Part shown: piece after piece, positions 11,542-21,875 of the stretch | Numbering within the stretch: the stretch's first letter is position 1 | How the letters are laid out: the number at the start of each line of letters is the position of its first letter | NCBI GenBank assembly: GCA_002811645.1 | Contig: PDIP01000030.1 | Location: 152,383 to 216,382 of the forward strand | From: Corallochytrium limacisporum Hawaii | Taxonomy: Eukaryota; Protista; Pluriformea | Direction of reading: 5' to 3' | DNA length: 64,000 bases | Notes under the pieces: generated by a model | Seen by the model: the letters and a program-made list of their open reading frames with translations, nothing else | Databases searched by the model: none | What the model was told of the DNA's origin: nothing | Program-made: the position numbers and the translations under genes

Positions 11542-13260
11542 ATGGTGCCGAGAAATAGTAGACATAGTCATGATCATCATGATCGTGACCAGGAGGCGAG
11601 TGACGGTCTCCTGTACCAGGAGGATGACTTTGAGTTTCAGGGCCTCGGCCAGCTGCACTCAGACAGAAGTGACGATGCCAGCGAAATCGATGATGATAGC
11701 GACTTTTGGCCTGAACCAGAGTACTACTTGGGCGTCTTCGACAAGTCCCTTCCGTGGAGGGCCATTATTGTAGTATTCCTCATTCAGACTGCTGAAGCGT
11801 TTCAGATCGCTCTCATTTTGCCATATGTGCCGTTTATGGTTGCTTCCTTCAAGGGCGTGGAAGAGAAATGGGTTGGAATATGGAGTGGACTGATTGGCGC
11901 ATCATTTCCTATGGGACAGAGTGTGTCCGCGGTGGCCTGGGGCATGATTAGTGACCGGTTTGGGGCAAGAAATACGCTGATGGTGTGCATGTTCTTTACA
12001 GGTATTCTTTCTTTCTTATTTGGGACAACACAGGCGCCCTGGCAGGCCATGGCATGTCGGTTTGCAACTGGATTGCTCAACGGAAATATCGGTGTTGTCA
12101 AAGGCTACCTCGCTCGCCACAGTACGCCAGAGAACCAGAAGACAGTCATGTCGTTCACCAGTGTGGCTTGGAACCTGGGCGCGTCTGTCGCACCCTTAGT
12201 GGGAGGTATGCTCGCAGACCCAGTCTCCAAGTATCCGGGTGTATTTAAGCCAGATGGATGGTTTGGTGATCCGTACCGGTATCTCTTACCGTCTATTGTT
12301 ACCGTAGGGGTCACGTATATCTCAATGCCGGTCGTGTTTTTCATGATTGATGAAGAGCCACCACACCGGCTCAGCATGCTTCGTGCAAGTGGAATATCTA
12401 CAACTTCAAACGATTCCACGGACATTCCTTTCGAAGAGCACAAGAAGAACAATGGCGCCGACCTCATTGCTCGAAAGTGGAAGGCCCTGGACAAGAAGCC
12501 ATTGTACATGTCTTGCTTACTGTACGGCTTCATCGCTGCACAGAGTATTGGCACAATGGAAACCATTCCACTCTTTTTCCGCGCTGGCGTAGACAAAGCT
12601 GGACTTGGTTTCAACTCGAGCTCGACTGGATTGGTCTTTAGTATCATGAGTGTTTGGGTGTGCATTTTCAGTGTGGCTTTCTATCCTAGGATCAATGCCA
12701 GACTGGCCAACCGCACCAGTAGTATGTGTATTCTGTTCATGGTGATCCTATTCTTGTTTATGCCTCTGGCTCATGATGTTACCATCAAGGCTGGAGGTTT
12801 GAAACAGACTGGTCCCAGTGGTCCCAGTGAGGTTCCCATCCCAACACTCACCTATGTCACTTTCATGTCCATGTACCGTGGATGTGTCACCATTGTCAGC
12901 TTCACAGGGGTCATGGTTATGATCAACAATAGTGTACCCCGAGAACTGCTTGGACGTGCCAATGGTCTGGGACAAATGGCAGCCTCTACGGCTAGATCCT
13001 TTGGTCCGACCACCGCTGGTCTGGTTTGGAGCTTGACCGCCGGTTCAGATGCATGTGATGCCGGAAATTTCTGGAACATATATCGCTGGGTTCCTTGGCT
13101 CCTGCTCTGCTTTGCCGCCGTTTGCACTTTCTTCGTAGCCTACAGTGTTCCCGTCAGTGTTGAGCATCCTTACGAGGAGGGCTATGAGACAATTCCGATG
13201 GAAGTGGACGACGAGGATCGCCGAGGAATGCGTTTGAGCACCTCCAGCCAGTTGGCGTAA
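11542..13260 (+). CDS. Major facilitator superfamily transporter (ZIFL/YCR023C-like)
   Basis: About 12 hydrophobic segments, MFS motif A (WGMISDRFGARN), ACRFATGLLNGNIGVVK, and LGRANGLGQMAASTARSFGP. Confidence 0.92.
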   Translation: MVPRNSRHSHDHHDRDQEASDGLLYQEDDFEFQGLGQLHSDRSDDASEIDDDSDFWPEPEYYLGVFDKSLPWRAIIVVFLIQTAEAFQIALILPYVPFMVASFKGVEEKWVGIWSGLIGASFPMGQSVSAVAWGMISDRFGARNTLMVCMFFTGILSFLFGTTQAPWQAMACRFATGLLNGNIGVVKGYLARHSTPENQKTVMSFTSVAWNLGASVAPLVGGMLADPVSKYPGVFKPDGWFGDPYRYLLPSIVTVGVTYISMPVVFFMIDEEPPHRLSMLRASGISTTSNDSTDIPFEEHKKNNGADLIARKWKALDKKPLYMSCLLYGFIAAQSIGTMETIPLFFRAGVDKAGLGFNSSSTGLVFSIMSVWVCIFSVAFYPRINARLANRTSSMCILFMVILFLFMPLAHDVTIKAGGLKQTGPSGPSEVPIPTLTYVTFMSMYRGCVTIVSFTGVMVMINNSVPRELLGRANGLGQMAASTARSFGPTTAGLVWSLTAGSDACDAGNFWNIYRWVPWLLLCFAAVCTFFVAYSVPVSVEHPYEEGYETIPMEVDDEDRRGMRLSTSSQLA

Positions 13261-13368
13261 GGCGATGTAACAATTGGATCTGTGTGACATTACTTTGTTA
13301 ACTATTTATTTCTTTATTCCCAAGCATAACGTTTACTTATATGTATATAAAAAGCTAAAACCCTCACT

Positions 13369-14205
13369 TCAAAAACGAACCTTGCGCTTGCGCCCAGTGT
13401 ATGCAGAGTTGCGAGCTGTCTTCAAGCCCTTGAGCTTGCGCTGTTCCTTCTTCTGATTGATCCATTCGCGGCTACCTTTAAAGGCAGCCTTGATGTGGCG
13501 TCCCTTTCGACGGTCCCGGCTGTATTCACGACCAGTTGTTAGCACCTGATCACTCCCCTGTTCATCGGTCTTTGCTTGTGGGAGCATGCCCACAACGCCT
13601 GCAAACAGGACCAGGAAGATTTTTTTAGCCTTGGAGGAGTTTGGAAAATCAACCACAACACCACCACCGAAACCTGCCTTCAGAGCACTCTGGGTGATCA
13701 GTTCCATTTGTTGTGGTGCTTCCGGATATACTTGCAGGACTGCGCGAGCACCACGCTTTAGAGACTGGTACAAGGTGGTGAAGAACCGAGTGAGACGCTT
13801 GCGGGGCTCATGATCCTTACGGTCCGAGAAGCATAGCCACTGGACAGCGGAAATACTAATGGCCGCATCAAACGTTCCAGGCCGGAATGGTACACCTTGA
13901 CCCATATCAGCTACTGCCAAATCTCCACCAACCTCTCGTTGGGCACCAATCTGAATCATAGACTCCGAAATGTCCATGCCTACCCATTCGAAACCAGCCT
14001 CGGACAGGACTTCTCCACTTAGGCCGGAACCGCAGCCGACGTCTAGTATAAACGCGCTCTCACATTCAGGGACGGCCAATAGTTCAACAGCACGCTGAGC
14101 CATCTGGGTCTGAACCTCGATGACACGGCTGTTTTGTGTGTATTTGGATGCTTCTGTGTCATCATAGTAGAGCTCCGGTGGAGCAGTCAGCTCCGGACGT
14201 GACAT
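13369..14205 (-). CDS. BUD23: 18S rRNA m7G methyltransferase Bud23/WBSCR22
   Basis: MSRPELTAPPELYYDDTEASKY, ILDVGCGSGLSG, DMGQGVPFRPGTFD and the basic C-terminus YTGRKRKVRF. ATG at 14205. Confidence 0.97.
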   Translation of the reverse strand: MSRPELTAPPELYYDDTEASKYTQNSRVIEVQTQMAQRAVELLAVPECESAFILDVGCGSGLSGEVLSEAGFEWVGMDISESMIQIGAQREVGGDLAVADMGQGVPFRPGTFDAAISISAVQWLCFSDRKDHEPRKRLTRFFTTLYQSLKRGARAVLQVYPEAPQQMELITQSALKAGFGGGVVVDFPNSSKAKKIFLVLFAGVVGMLPQAKTDEQGSDQVLTTGREYSRDRRKGRHIKAAFKGSREWINQKKEQRKLKGLKTARNSAYTGRKRKVRF

Positions 14206-14651
14206 AACGGCCTTCACTATCTCGCAAACCAGGGACTTTGAATACTTTCCGGACAGATGGATTCAATTCTGCTCTGCTGAATCACAAAATAATAAGGGAT
14301 ACTCGAAAAATAAAAATAAAATCTCACTGCCTTCGTGAAGCCTCTTTGGCGCACTAAATACCTATGCAATGGAGAGACCCGCCATTCCTTGGTGAACGTC
14401 TCCAGAGCACCAATGCGGGTTTTTCCGGGCACACACGCGGGTCCTGACCCACCAAGCTTCGACCAGTCCCTCTCCCTCCCTACTCCCTCTCCCCTCTGCG
14501 CTCCGTAGAAAGTAGTCCGAGGTCCCGACGGTCCGAACCAGCCAGAGTTTGTTATTTGAGTCGCAGCAGCTATCTCCGAAGTCGGTTAAGTGTTTGGCTG
14601 TACACAACATCCGTACATTGTCGGTAGCGTACGACTGAATTCCAATAGAAG

Positions 14652-15602
14652 ATGAGTGTTAACCGCGTAATCTCGGTTCTGCCTTCCGCAACAGAGGTGC
14701 TCTGCCTGATTCCGGGCGGGGCACAGAAGCTGGTCGGTCGCAGTCATGAATGCGATTATCCCGAGAATGTCCAGGATCGGCCGGTGCTGACAGGTCAGAG
14801 AGTGACTGCCACCGAAAGTGCTGAAATAGACAAGCAAGTTTCAGAGGCCTTGGCCAATGGTGAGAGTTTGTATACTTTGGATGAGGCTAAGATCATTGCC
14901 CTGAAGCCTGATGTAATTTTGACTCAAGATCTGTGTGAGGTTTGTAGTATTGACCTGAAGACTGTGACTCGTCTAGCAAGCACGATGAATCCTCAGCCAA
15001 AAGTTGTCAACATGAACCCCTTCAGCGTGGGAGATATTCTGGACAACATAGATACTGTGGGAAAAGCAGTCGATCTTGAGGAGGAGGCAAAGAAAACCAG
15101 ACAAGCTCTCGAAAGTAGAGTTGCTGAGCTGGTAAAGATTGCACACGGCAAGGCGTCCACGAGATCGGGACCAAAGCCAAACATTGCTTGGCTCGAATGG
15201 GCTGATCCATTCTACGTGGCCGGCCACTGGACTCCGGAATTGATCGCAATGGCTGGTGGAACACACCCTCTGAATGAAGCGCACAACAAGTCCATCCGTG
15301 TCAGTGAGGAGTGTCTAGTTGCTAGTAACCCGACTCACCTTGTGATCTGCCCGTGTGGTTTCGACCTTGAGCGCACAGAACAAGAGCTTCATCGCCTGTT
15401 GGAGACCAGCTGGTTCAAGACAATGAGCCCAAAGCTCGAAAAGATTGCACTTGTGGACGGTAACCAAATGTTCAATCGTCCCGGTCCCAGAGTCATCGAT
15501 GGGTTGGCCTGGCTGGTCGGTTGGCTCAACGACATTCCTGAAGTCATACCCGAAGACTTCCCTTGGAGACCTGTAGAGAATAAGCGTTCCATCGCAGCAT
15601 GA
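14652..15602 (+). CDS. BtuF-like Fe/B12 periplasmic-binding-fold protein (no signal peptide)
   Basis: RVISVLPSATEVL, LVGRSHECDYP, LKPDVILTQDLCEVC, LEWADPFYVAGHWTPELI, DGNQMFNRPGPR. Confidence 0.88.
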   Translation: MSVNRVISVLPSATEVLCLIPGGAQKLVGRSHECDYPENVQDRPVLTGQRVTATESAEIDKQVSEALANGESLYTLDEAKIIALKPDVILTQDLCEVCSIDLKTVTRLASTMNPQPKVVNMNPFSVGDILDNIDTVGKAVDLEEEAKKTRQALESRVAELVKIAHGKASTRSGPKPNIAWLEWADPFYVAGHWTPELIAMAGGTHPLNEAHNKSIRVSEECLVASNPTHLVICPCGFDLERTEQELHRLLETSWFKTMSPKLEKIALVDGNQMFNRPGPRVIDGLAWLVGWLNDIPEVIPEDFPWRPVENKRSIAA

Positions 15603-15763
15603 TGTCCGGAACAAGACTCAACCATACCTTCGGCCTAGGTTGTACTCAATAAATTCCCCCCTCCCCACTCTTCCTTTCATGGTGTTGCAGACCGGCACCC
15701 CCCTCCCCGGGGCCACCAGGGCCCCCCGCTTCCTTCGCAGGCTTCCTGCTGTGCCTGCCCCCC

Positions 15764-15947
15764 NNNNNNNNNNNNNNNNNNNNNNNNNNNNNNNNNNNNN
15801 NNNNNNNNNNNNNNNNNNNNNNNNNNNNNNNNNNNNNNNNNNNNNNNNNNNNNNNNNNNNNNNNNNNNNNNNNNNNNNNNNNNNNNNNNNNNNNNNNNNN
15901 NNNNNNNNNNNNNNNNNNNNNNNNNNNNNNNNNNNNNNNNNNNNNNN
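15764..15947. other. Assembly gap (N-run)
   Basis: Run of N with C-rich sequence on the left and G-rich sequence on the right. Confidence 0.99.
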
Positions 15948-16046
15948 CCGGGTGGGGAAGAAGGACATTCACGTGCCGGCGTTTTGATGATTTGCGTGTA
16001 CGTGTGTATTGTATTTGCATATAGGTTGCAGAAGTGGGAACCAGTT

Positions 16047-16074
16047 GAGCCTATTTCAAATTTGAAATAGGCTC
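16047..16074. repeat. Perfect 28-bp palindrome
   Basis: GAGCCTATTTCAAA|TTTGAAATAGGCTC is its own reverse complement. Confidence 0.95.
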
Positions 16075-16233
16075 TTTAGATAAATTATAACCGCTATAAA
16101 TTATTAAGGGATAAATCTACTGCGATCATTCCAATACAACGCATGCTGAAATTGAGCGACTATGCTATGGGTTTATATTAAAGATGAACAGGTAAGTTGA
16201 TAGACTGACGTATATTTGTTTGTGTAAAGAACC

Positions 16234-17964
16234 ATGGGTGGTCCAAATGTTCCAGCCGAAGTCCTCAAGTTTGAGCGCGAAATTAATGACATGAAGAACG
16301 ATCGTCCTCCTGTCAGCAAAGAGCGCGTGGCACTTTTGACATCGATAGCTGGAAAGCACATGGCTTATTACAAATTTATTGTTCAATATGTGGAAAGATT
16401 CCTGAAGAAATGCGCCCCTGAATTCAAGGTTGGTGTCATGTATGTGATTGATGCTCTTTGTAGAGCACCTCCAAGCAATAGCATAAGGAAGAAGGATCTA
16501 CAAAAATTTGCGGAGCGGTTTGAGCGCAATCTTAAATCAACGTTTCTCGACTCTTACAAAGCTGCCCAGTCCTCTGACCAGGCTCGCTTCAAGAAGCTGC
16601 TGACTCTGTGGGAGAAGGGCAACACATTCTCAACTGCGGAACTCCAGGAAATTCGCGCCGAAGTAGGTGCAGACGACGGGTCATCCGGCAGACAAAGCAC
16701 TGCTCGAGATGCTCATCACAGCACCCGCACAGGCGCACTCAGTCAACAGTCTCCTAATATAGAGGAAGATGGTGGTGCTGGAAAGCTCAACATCACCCTT
16801 GATGGATTCGACTATGATGAAGACGATGAGGATCCTGAACAGAGAATTGCAGGCCAGAAACGGAGAATTGCAGAAGCAGAAGACCGTCTCAATGATGATG
16901 ACGACGAGGACTTCGGCGATATCAAGATCCCAAAGATTGGGAACGGCAGCAGTGATGAAGACGAACACGATTTTTGGACCAGCGATGAATTGATGGCAGC
17001 CTCTGATATGCATAAAGAGCTTGTTCCTCTCCTGCATGAGCAGATGCAATCCCTCGGCATAGCACTACCACCAGGTGCTGAGTTGCCCACCGGGGGTATC
17101 TATCAGTATGCGCAACCAAAAATGAAAAAACTACGCAAGAGTGTCCGTAGACTCACTGGTCCACAACTCATGACATTGGTACCTGCTATCAAGGCTGCAA
17201 TCATTGAAGCAGAGAAAGAGGAAGAACGAAAACTGCAAGAATTCGAGAGCCGAGAAAAGGCAGGCAGATCACCACCTCAAGGTTCCTATGGTCATGGTAA
17301 CCAGCCCCATGGAAGTATGGACTCAGGTGCTCCACATCGCGGAAGCATCGACTCTAATGGAACCCGCGAGTCATTTCACCGGAACAGTGGTGGGCCGCCG
17401 CCACCTCCTGGACCGCCCCCTGGAGTTCACACTGGATACCAGCGTCTCTATGCCGACAGCCGCAGTCATTCAGGCCCACCGCCACCCTCTACGCACCACA
17501 ATGATGATCCCAACCACATGGTTAAGGTTCTGTCAACAACTCTACATGTGGCGAACATTTCTATGGATTTCCAGGAATCTGAAGTACGTGATGCTTTCTC
17601 CAGAGTAGGTGAAGTGCTGGGAGTCACTTTCATGCCACCGAGGGCCGGTGATAATTCCAAGCGTTGCTTCGTAAAAGCTGCATCTCGTGACGGGGCCGAG
17701 CGAATGATGGAAAAATTCAATGGACAGCCACTAGAGGAGGGAACAATGCCAGTAAAGATTGGCTGGGGACAGGGCTTTGAACAGAAGAAGATGCGACCCC
17801 CTGAGGTCCAATACCATCATCCGTCCGGTACCACGAGTATCCCTCTTCCACGATTTCGCCATGTGAATTTGGTTGACATCCAGAACGGGAGTGTTGTGGA
17901 CCTGACTACCATGCCCGCCGACATGGTTCTACCAACTGTCGACATTCGCCGACTTCGTCCTTAA
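16234..17964 (+). CDS. CID + RRM protein (SCAF4/SCAF8/Nrd1/Seb1-like Pol II CTD-binding factor)
   Basis: N-terminal CID (YVERFLKKCAPEFKVGVMYVIDALCR) and RRM (VKVLSTTLHVANI...KRCFVK...VKIGWGQG). May have a 5' micro-exon at 16184-16191. Confidence 0.88.
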   Translation: MGGPNVPAEVLKFEREINDMKNDRPPVSKERVALLTSIAGKHMAYYKFIVQYVERFLKKCAPEFKVGVMYVIDALCRAPPSNSIRKKDLQKFAERFERNLKSTFLDSYKAAQSSDQARFKKLLTLWEKGNTFSTAELQEIRAEVGADDGSSGRQSTARDAHHSTRTGALSQQSPNIEEDGGAGKLNITLDGFDYDEDDEDPEQRIAGQKRRIAEAEDRLNDDDDEDFGDIKIPKIGNGSSDEDEHDFWTSDELMAASDMHKELVPLLHEQMQSLGIALPPGAELPTGGIYQYAQPKMKKLRKSVRRLTGPQLMTLVPAIKAAIIEAEKEEERKLQEFESREKAGRSPPQGSYGHGNQPHGSMDSGAPHRGSIDSNGTRESFHRNSGGPPPPPGPPPGVHTGYQRLYADSRSHSGPPPPSTHHNDDPNHMVKVLSTTLHVANISMDFQESEVRDAFSRVGEVLGVTFMPPRAGDNSKRCFVKAASRDGAERMMEKFNGQPLEEGTMPVKIGWGQGFEQKKMRPPEVQYHHPSGTTSIPLPRFRHVNLVDIQNGSVVDLTTMPADMVLPTVDIRRLRP

Positions 17965-18028
17965 GTAGACTCTTTATAAGCTTCATTACTCTTCTATTGT
18001 TTACTGTTTCTTTATACCTGCTCTGTGC

Positions 18029-19165
18029 TTACTCCCAGCGCGGGACATCATATTCATCGAATCCTGTCCTTCTTGGGGCTGTGCCGAAATAGTCGTCTTC
18101 GTCATAGTCACTATTCTCAGAACTGCTCTGCGCGTAGTCCTGACCATAGTCGTTTATCTCGTTCGAACCATCACCACCCGCTTTTCCGAGGGTGAAACGA
18201 GACATGGCGTTTTCAATGTTTGTGATCTCCTGCTGCTTTATGCGCTCCCGGTACGCACGGCGATCTGCACGCCCGCGCGCCTCAGTGTGGTCTTCAAGAT
18301 TCTCCCCATCGTCTGATGAGACTACATACGACTGAAGTATGTCTCGATGGTGCACAGGCACAAAATTCTGATGTTTCCGACGCCTCGGTCGTCCGCAGCC
18401 ATTGGAGTCATCCGATAGCGAGTTCTCTAAATCGTCGTCTTCGTCGTCGCGATAGTAGTCATTCATCAGCCGATTCATCGCGGCTCGCGGGCCCTTTGCG
18501 TACCGCACCTTCGGAAGGTCCCCCTCCTCTTCGTCTGGATAGTCATTGGCCCAATGGTTCTCTGCGTTCGAATCCTCATCATCGCTTGCTCCTGCCAAGT
18601 CGTCCGTTTCAGTGTCACTATCAAGGACCAAGTCTTCATCCACCACATACTGGAGCACATTCGATCCCGATAAATCGGTTGGCAACGCGGACAATTCATT
18701 TTCAGGAATGCGCTCGTAGACATCGATCGCATCTTCCCCAGATATCTTCGCAGCATCGTCAACCCAGCGAATGGTATGCTCTTCGTCAAGCTGTAGTGTC
18801 TGTCCATCATTGTCCTGCACCAGCAGGCGAAGCTTCTTCCTCCGGGGACTCTCATTTTCCTGATAATCTCCATTACGCTTTGCGGGATTTTGCTTTGCTC
18901 TGTCCAATGGACTCAAAACTGTATGGTGACCTAGGCCCTTTTGCTGCTCGGCTCTTGGCTTGGACTCTGATTCCTTGTGCACATATCGCCGATAGACATA
19001 TCTTCTGTTCGTAACAGCTTTACCAACTGTTTGTGCGGGGGATAAATCTGCCTTTCGCTTTCGTCCACTGCTGGTACCATTGCTACCAGTGTCTGTGTTC
19101 AGTACAAGGTACTCCACACCTTCATTATCCGAAGTCTTCCGGCGCTTGATGCCTATATACTCCAT
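18029..19165 (-). CDS. IWR1: RNA polymerase II nuclear import factor Iwr1/SLC7A6OS
   Basis: N-terminal IGIKRRK and the signature DDEDSNAENHWANDYPDEEE. Confidence 0.85.
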   Translation of the reverse strand: MEYIGIKRRKTSDNEGVEYLVLNTDTGSNGTSSGRKRKADLSPAQTVGKAVTNRRYVYRRYVHKESESKPRAEQQKGLGHHTVLSPLDRAKQNPAKRNGDYQENESPRRKKLRLLVQDNDGQTLQLDEEHTIRWVDDAAKISGEDAIDVYERIPENELSALPTDLSGSNVLQYVVDEDLVLDSDTETDDLAGASDDEDSNAENHWANDYPDEEEGDLPKVRYAKGPRAAMNRLMNDYYRDDEDDDLENSLSDDSNGCGRPRRRKHQNFVPVHHRDILQSYVVSSDDGENLEDHTEARGRADRRAYRERIKQQEITNIENAMSRFTLGKAGGDGSNEINDYGQDYAQSSSENSDYDEDDYFGTAPRRTGFDEYDVPRWE

Positions 19166-20236
19166 TCTTTACTGCAGGATCATGTTTTTCACCTTGTCCT
19201 CATACTGTGGGTCCCCATATGGATCACCAAATGCAAAAGCACCTGTTCGCCATGTTCTGGGGCCATGTTATAATCTATACCTTGCCTGGAGACCCTGCTA
19301 CTCACCCTATCCCAACAACATTCCTGTAAGGACAACACAACACGCGCTCTGGCCTCCAGTGGAAACCGAACGCGTTTCGCACCACTGATCAATTTCCTTC
19401 CGGAGTGGAGACAGCTGACGGGTACCGCGCGTTTGGAAGCCACCCCGGGCCGGAGGGGTCGCGCACACCCTGGGTCCCCTCCCCTCCAGCTTCTCCGCAA
19501 CAAGTGCCAAGAGAGAGTGGGCAGGGGAAGGAAGCGCAGGAAGGGAAGAGTTCCGGCCAGGAATAGTACCCTCGGAACACACTTCAGCGTGTGAGGGAAT
19601 CCGTGTGGAACGTTTCCCGTACTTTCGATGTGAGCGAGAGGGGGGGGGGGGTTGAGAGCGGTTTGGTTCCGCTTTATCCACGTTCTCCCTCTGTCTTTGT
19701 TCGCGAAATTTTTTTCTCTGGTGGTGGACGAAACGATGGGAACTGAGTGCGGGTCACACAGTGGAGCAGGAGATGGGGGCGGGGGAGCCGGGTCGATCCG
19801 CCGGCGGTGCTGGATAGGCCAGACCGTATGGTGGGTGTAAGGGCTTCGCATGCCTCGTCCCCCCACGCGGAGCCAGGAAGCGGGTGTCGGGGGAGAGCGG
19901 GGTCGGACTTGTGCTGTGCGAAATGAATTAGACAGAGAAGACGTCAAGCTTTCTGTTGATAAGCAGGACACATGGTGCACCATTTTCGGGTTAATTTTCG
20001 ACTGTCAAGGTGTACAGGTATTTGTCTGAGATTTTAAACAAACATGTTCTGCTTCAGAACTGGTAGAATTGTTACACAGGGCCCAAAGGAGCATCTTCGC
20101 AGGCCTACTACGAACGGCAAGGTAGGACACACCCAGCAGAACTGCAAGTCTTTGCGACTGTCATTGCCATGTGGAGCAGCTAAGATAAGGCAAAAACACA
20201 AGTTCAATTGACGTGCAATCAAAGAAGAGAGAAGCC

Positions 20237-21805
20237 ATGCTGATGCAAAAAGCTGCACGGTGTTGTGGGGGTTCCTTGGCGCACCACAACTTTGGATTGC
20301 GGTCTTTCGTCACCGCTCGTCTTGTATCCAAGTCGATACCAACCATGACTGTGGTCCACAAGACTACTTTTGCAGCACCATGCTTGGGTACTGCTTTACT
20401 GTCAAAAAGTGGGATGACCATGGAACAGAAGCGTGGTTTTCATGCCAGCCGACCTGCTTTTGCAAAGGATTACTATGAAGTCCTTGGCCTTCAGAAGGGA
20501 GCCAGTGCGTCTGAGATCAAGAAGGCATACTATCAAATGGCGAAAAAGTATCATCCAGACACAAACAAAGACAATCCTGAGGCACAGAAACATTTCCAAG
20601 AGGTCGGTGAGGCCTACGAAACACTGCGTGATGAAGAGAAGCGCAAAATTTATGACCAGTATGGGCATGCGGGCTTCGATGGCGGTATGGGCGGTGGTCA
20701 GGGTGGATTCCGTCAAGGATTCGGTAATCAGGGAGGCTTTAACCCGGAGGACTTGTTCCGTGACTTTGAGTCGGTTTTCCGCCAAGCTGGTATGGATTTC
20801 GATGGCTTTGGCAACAGTCGTGGAGGACAGCGCCAGAGTGCTCCCATGCAGGGTGGCCACGTTCAGAGTCAGATCAATTTGAGTTTCATGGAAGCAGTCA
20901 AGGGCTGCACCAAGAGGGTCCGCTACAGTAAAGTTGTCGAGTGTGAGAGCTGTGGTGGCACTGGTAGTGCCCCCGGAAGCTCTCGCAAGACTTGTACTCG
21001 CTGTGGTGGCACTGGTGAAGAAGTCATGGATGCGGGCATAATGAAGTTTGCATCTACTTGCCGAAAGTGCCAGGGTATGGGTACCATACTTACGGATCCT
21101 TGCAGTAAATGCGATGGTACAGGACGGATCCGCACCAATGAAGAAATTAGTGTCGACATTCCTGCTGGTGTTGACACGGGTATGGATATTCGCATTAGCG
21201 GTGCAGGCAACGCAGGCGTGAATGGAGGCCCGCCTGGCAACTTATATGTCACTGTCAATGTTGCATCGAGCCGGGAGTTCAAGCGTGACGGTGCGAACAT
21301 CCACTCAAGTGTGAACTTGAACTATTTGCACGCCATTTTGGGTGGTTCTGTTGATATTGAAGGCATCGATGGGCTCATGAACCTCAAGGTGCCAAATGGG
21401 TCGCAACCTGGTGACGTGCTGCGTCTCCGTGGGCGTGGTATCAAACACATTGACTCTTCCATCCGCGGAGATCACTTCGTGACTCTAAATGTTGTGCTTC
21501 CGCAGCGTGTCACGGAGGTTGAGAAAGAGGCCTTGCTGGACATGGTCGCGCAGGATTCGTCCCTGCTCAACAACAAACGCATAGAGATCAATGGACTTGA
21601 TGACCACGTTGAGAAGCAACACGAGCAATCAGGGGAGAGCGACAATCACAGCCCTGATGAGGACAGTGGGAATACGGATGAAACCAACGAGGAAAGTGCC
21701 AAAGATTGCAAAGGTAAGAAGAAGGGATTGTTCAGCAAGATCAAGGAAGCTTTCACTGACGAGGTTGATAGCGAGAAGAAGAAGAAAGCAGCCGGCGGTG
21801 CATAA
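20237..21805 (+). CDS. Mitochondrial type-I DnaJ chaperone (Mdj1/DNAJA3-like)
   Basis: Presequence ending [16 protein letters not shown] domain with HPD, G/F region and four CxxCxGxG zinc-finger repeats. First ATG at 20237. Confidence 0.93.
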   Translation: MLMQKAARCCGGSLAHHNFGLRSFVTARLVSKSIPTMTVVHKTTFAAPCLGTALLSKSGMTMEQKRGFHASRPAFAKDYYEVLGLQKGASASEIKKAYYQMAKKYHPDTNKDNPEAQKHFQEVGEAYETLRDEEKRKIYDQYGHAGFDGGMGGGQGGFRQGFGNQGGFNPEDLFRDFESVFRQAGMDFDGFGNSRGGQRQSAPMQGGHVQSQINLSFMEAVKGCTKRVRYSKVVECESCGGTGSAPGSSRKTCTRCGGTGEEVMDAGIMKFASTCRKCQGMGTILTDPCSKCDGTGRIRTNEEISVDIPAGVDTGMDIRISGAGNAGVNGGPPGNLYVTVNVASSREFKRDGANIHSSVNLNYLHAILGGSVDIEGIDGLMNLKVPNGSQPGDVLRLRGRGIKHIDSSIRGDHFVTLNVVLPQRVTEVEKEALLDMVAQDSSLLNNKRIEINGLDDHVEKQHEQSGESDNHSPDEDSGNTDETNEESAKDCKGKKKGLFSKIKEAFTDEVDSEKKKKAAGGA

Positions 21806-21875
21806 CGTCAGTTCACAGCCATGTAGCATTGTAAGATTAAAATTATGAATGAATACATCAGACCACGTTCAAGTC

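Noticed and set aside
19189-19983. 264-aa ORF and similar Pro/Gly/Arg-rich ORFs in spacers
   Set aside because: They arise from G/C-rich, stop-poor promoter sequence and show no domain signal.
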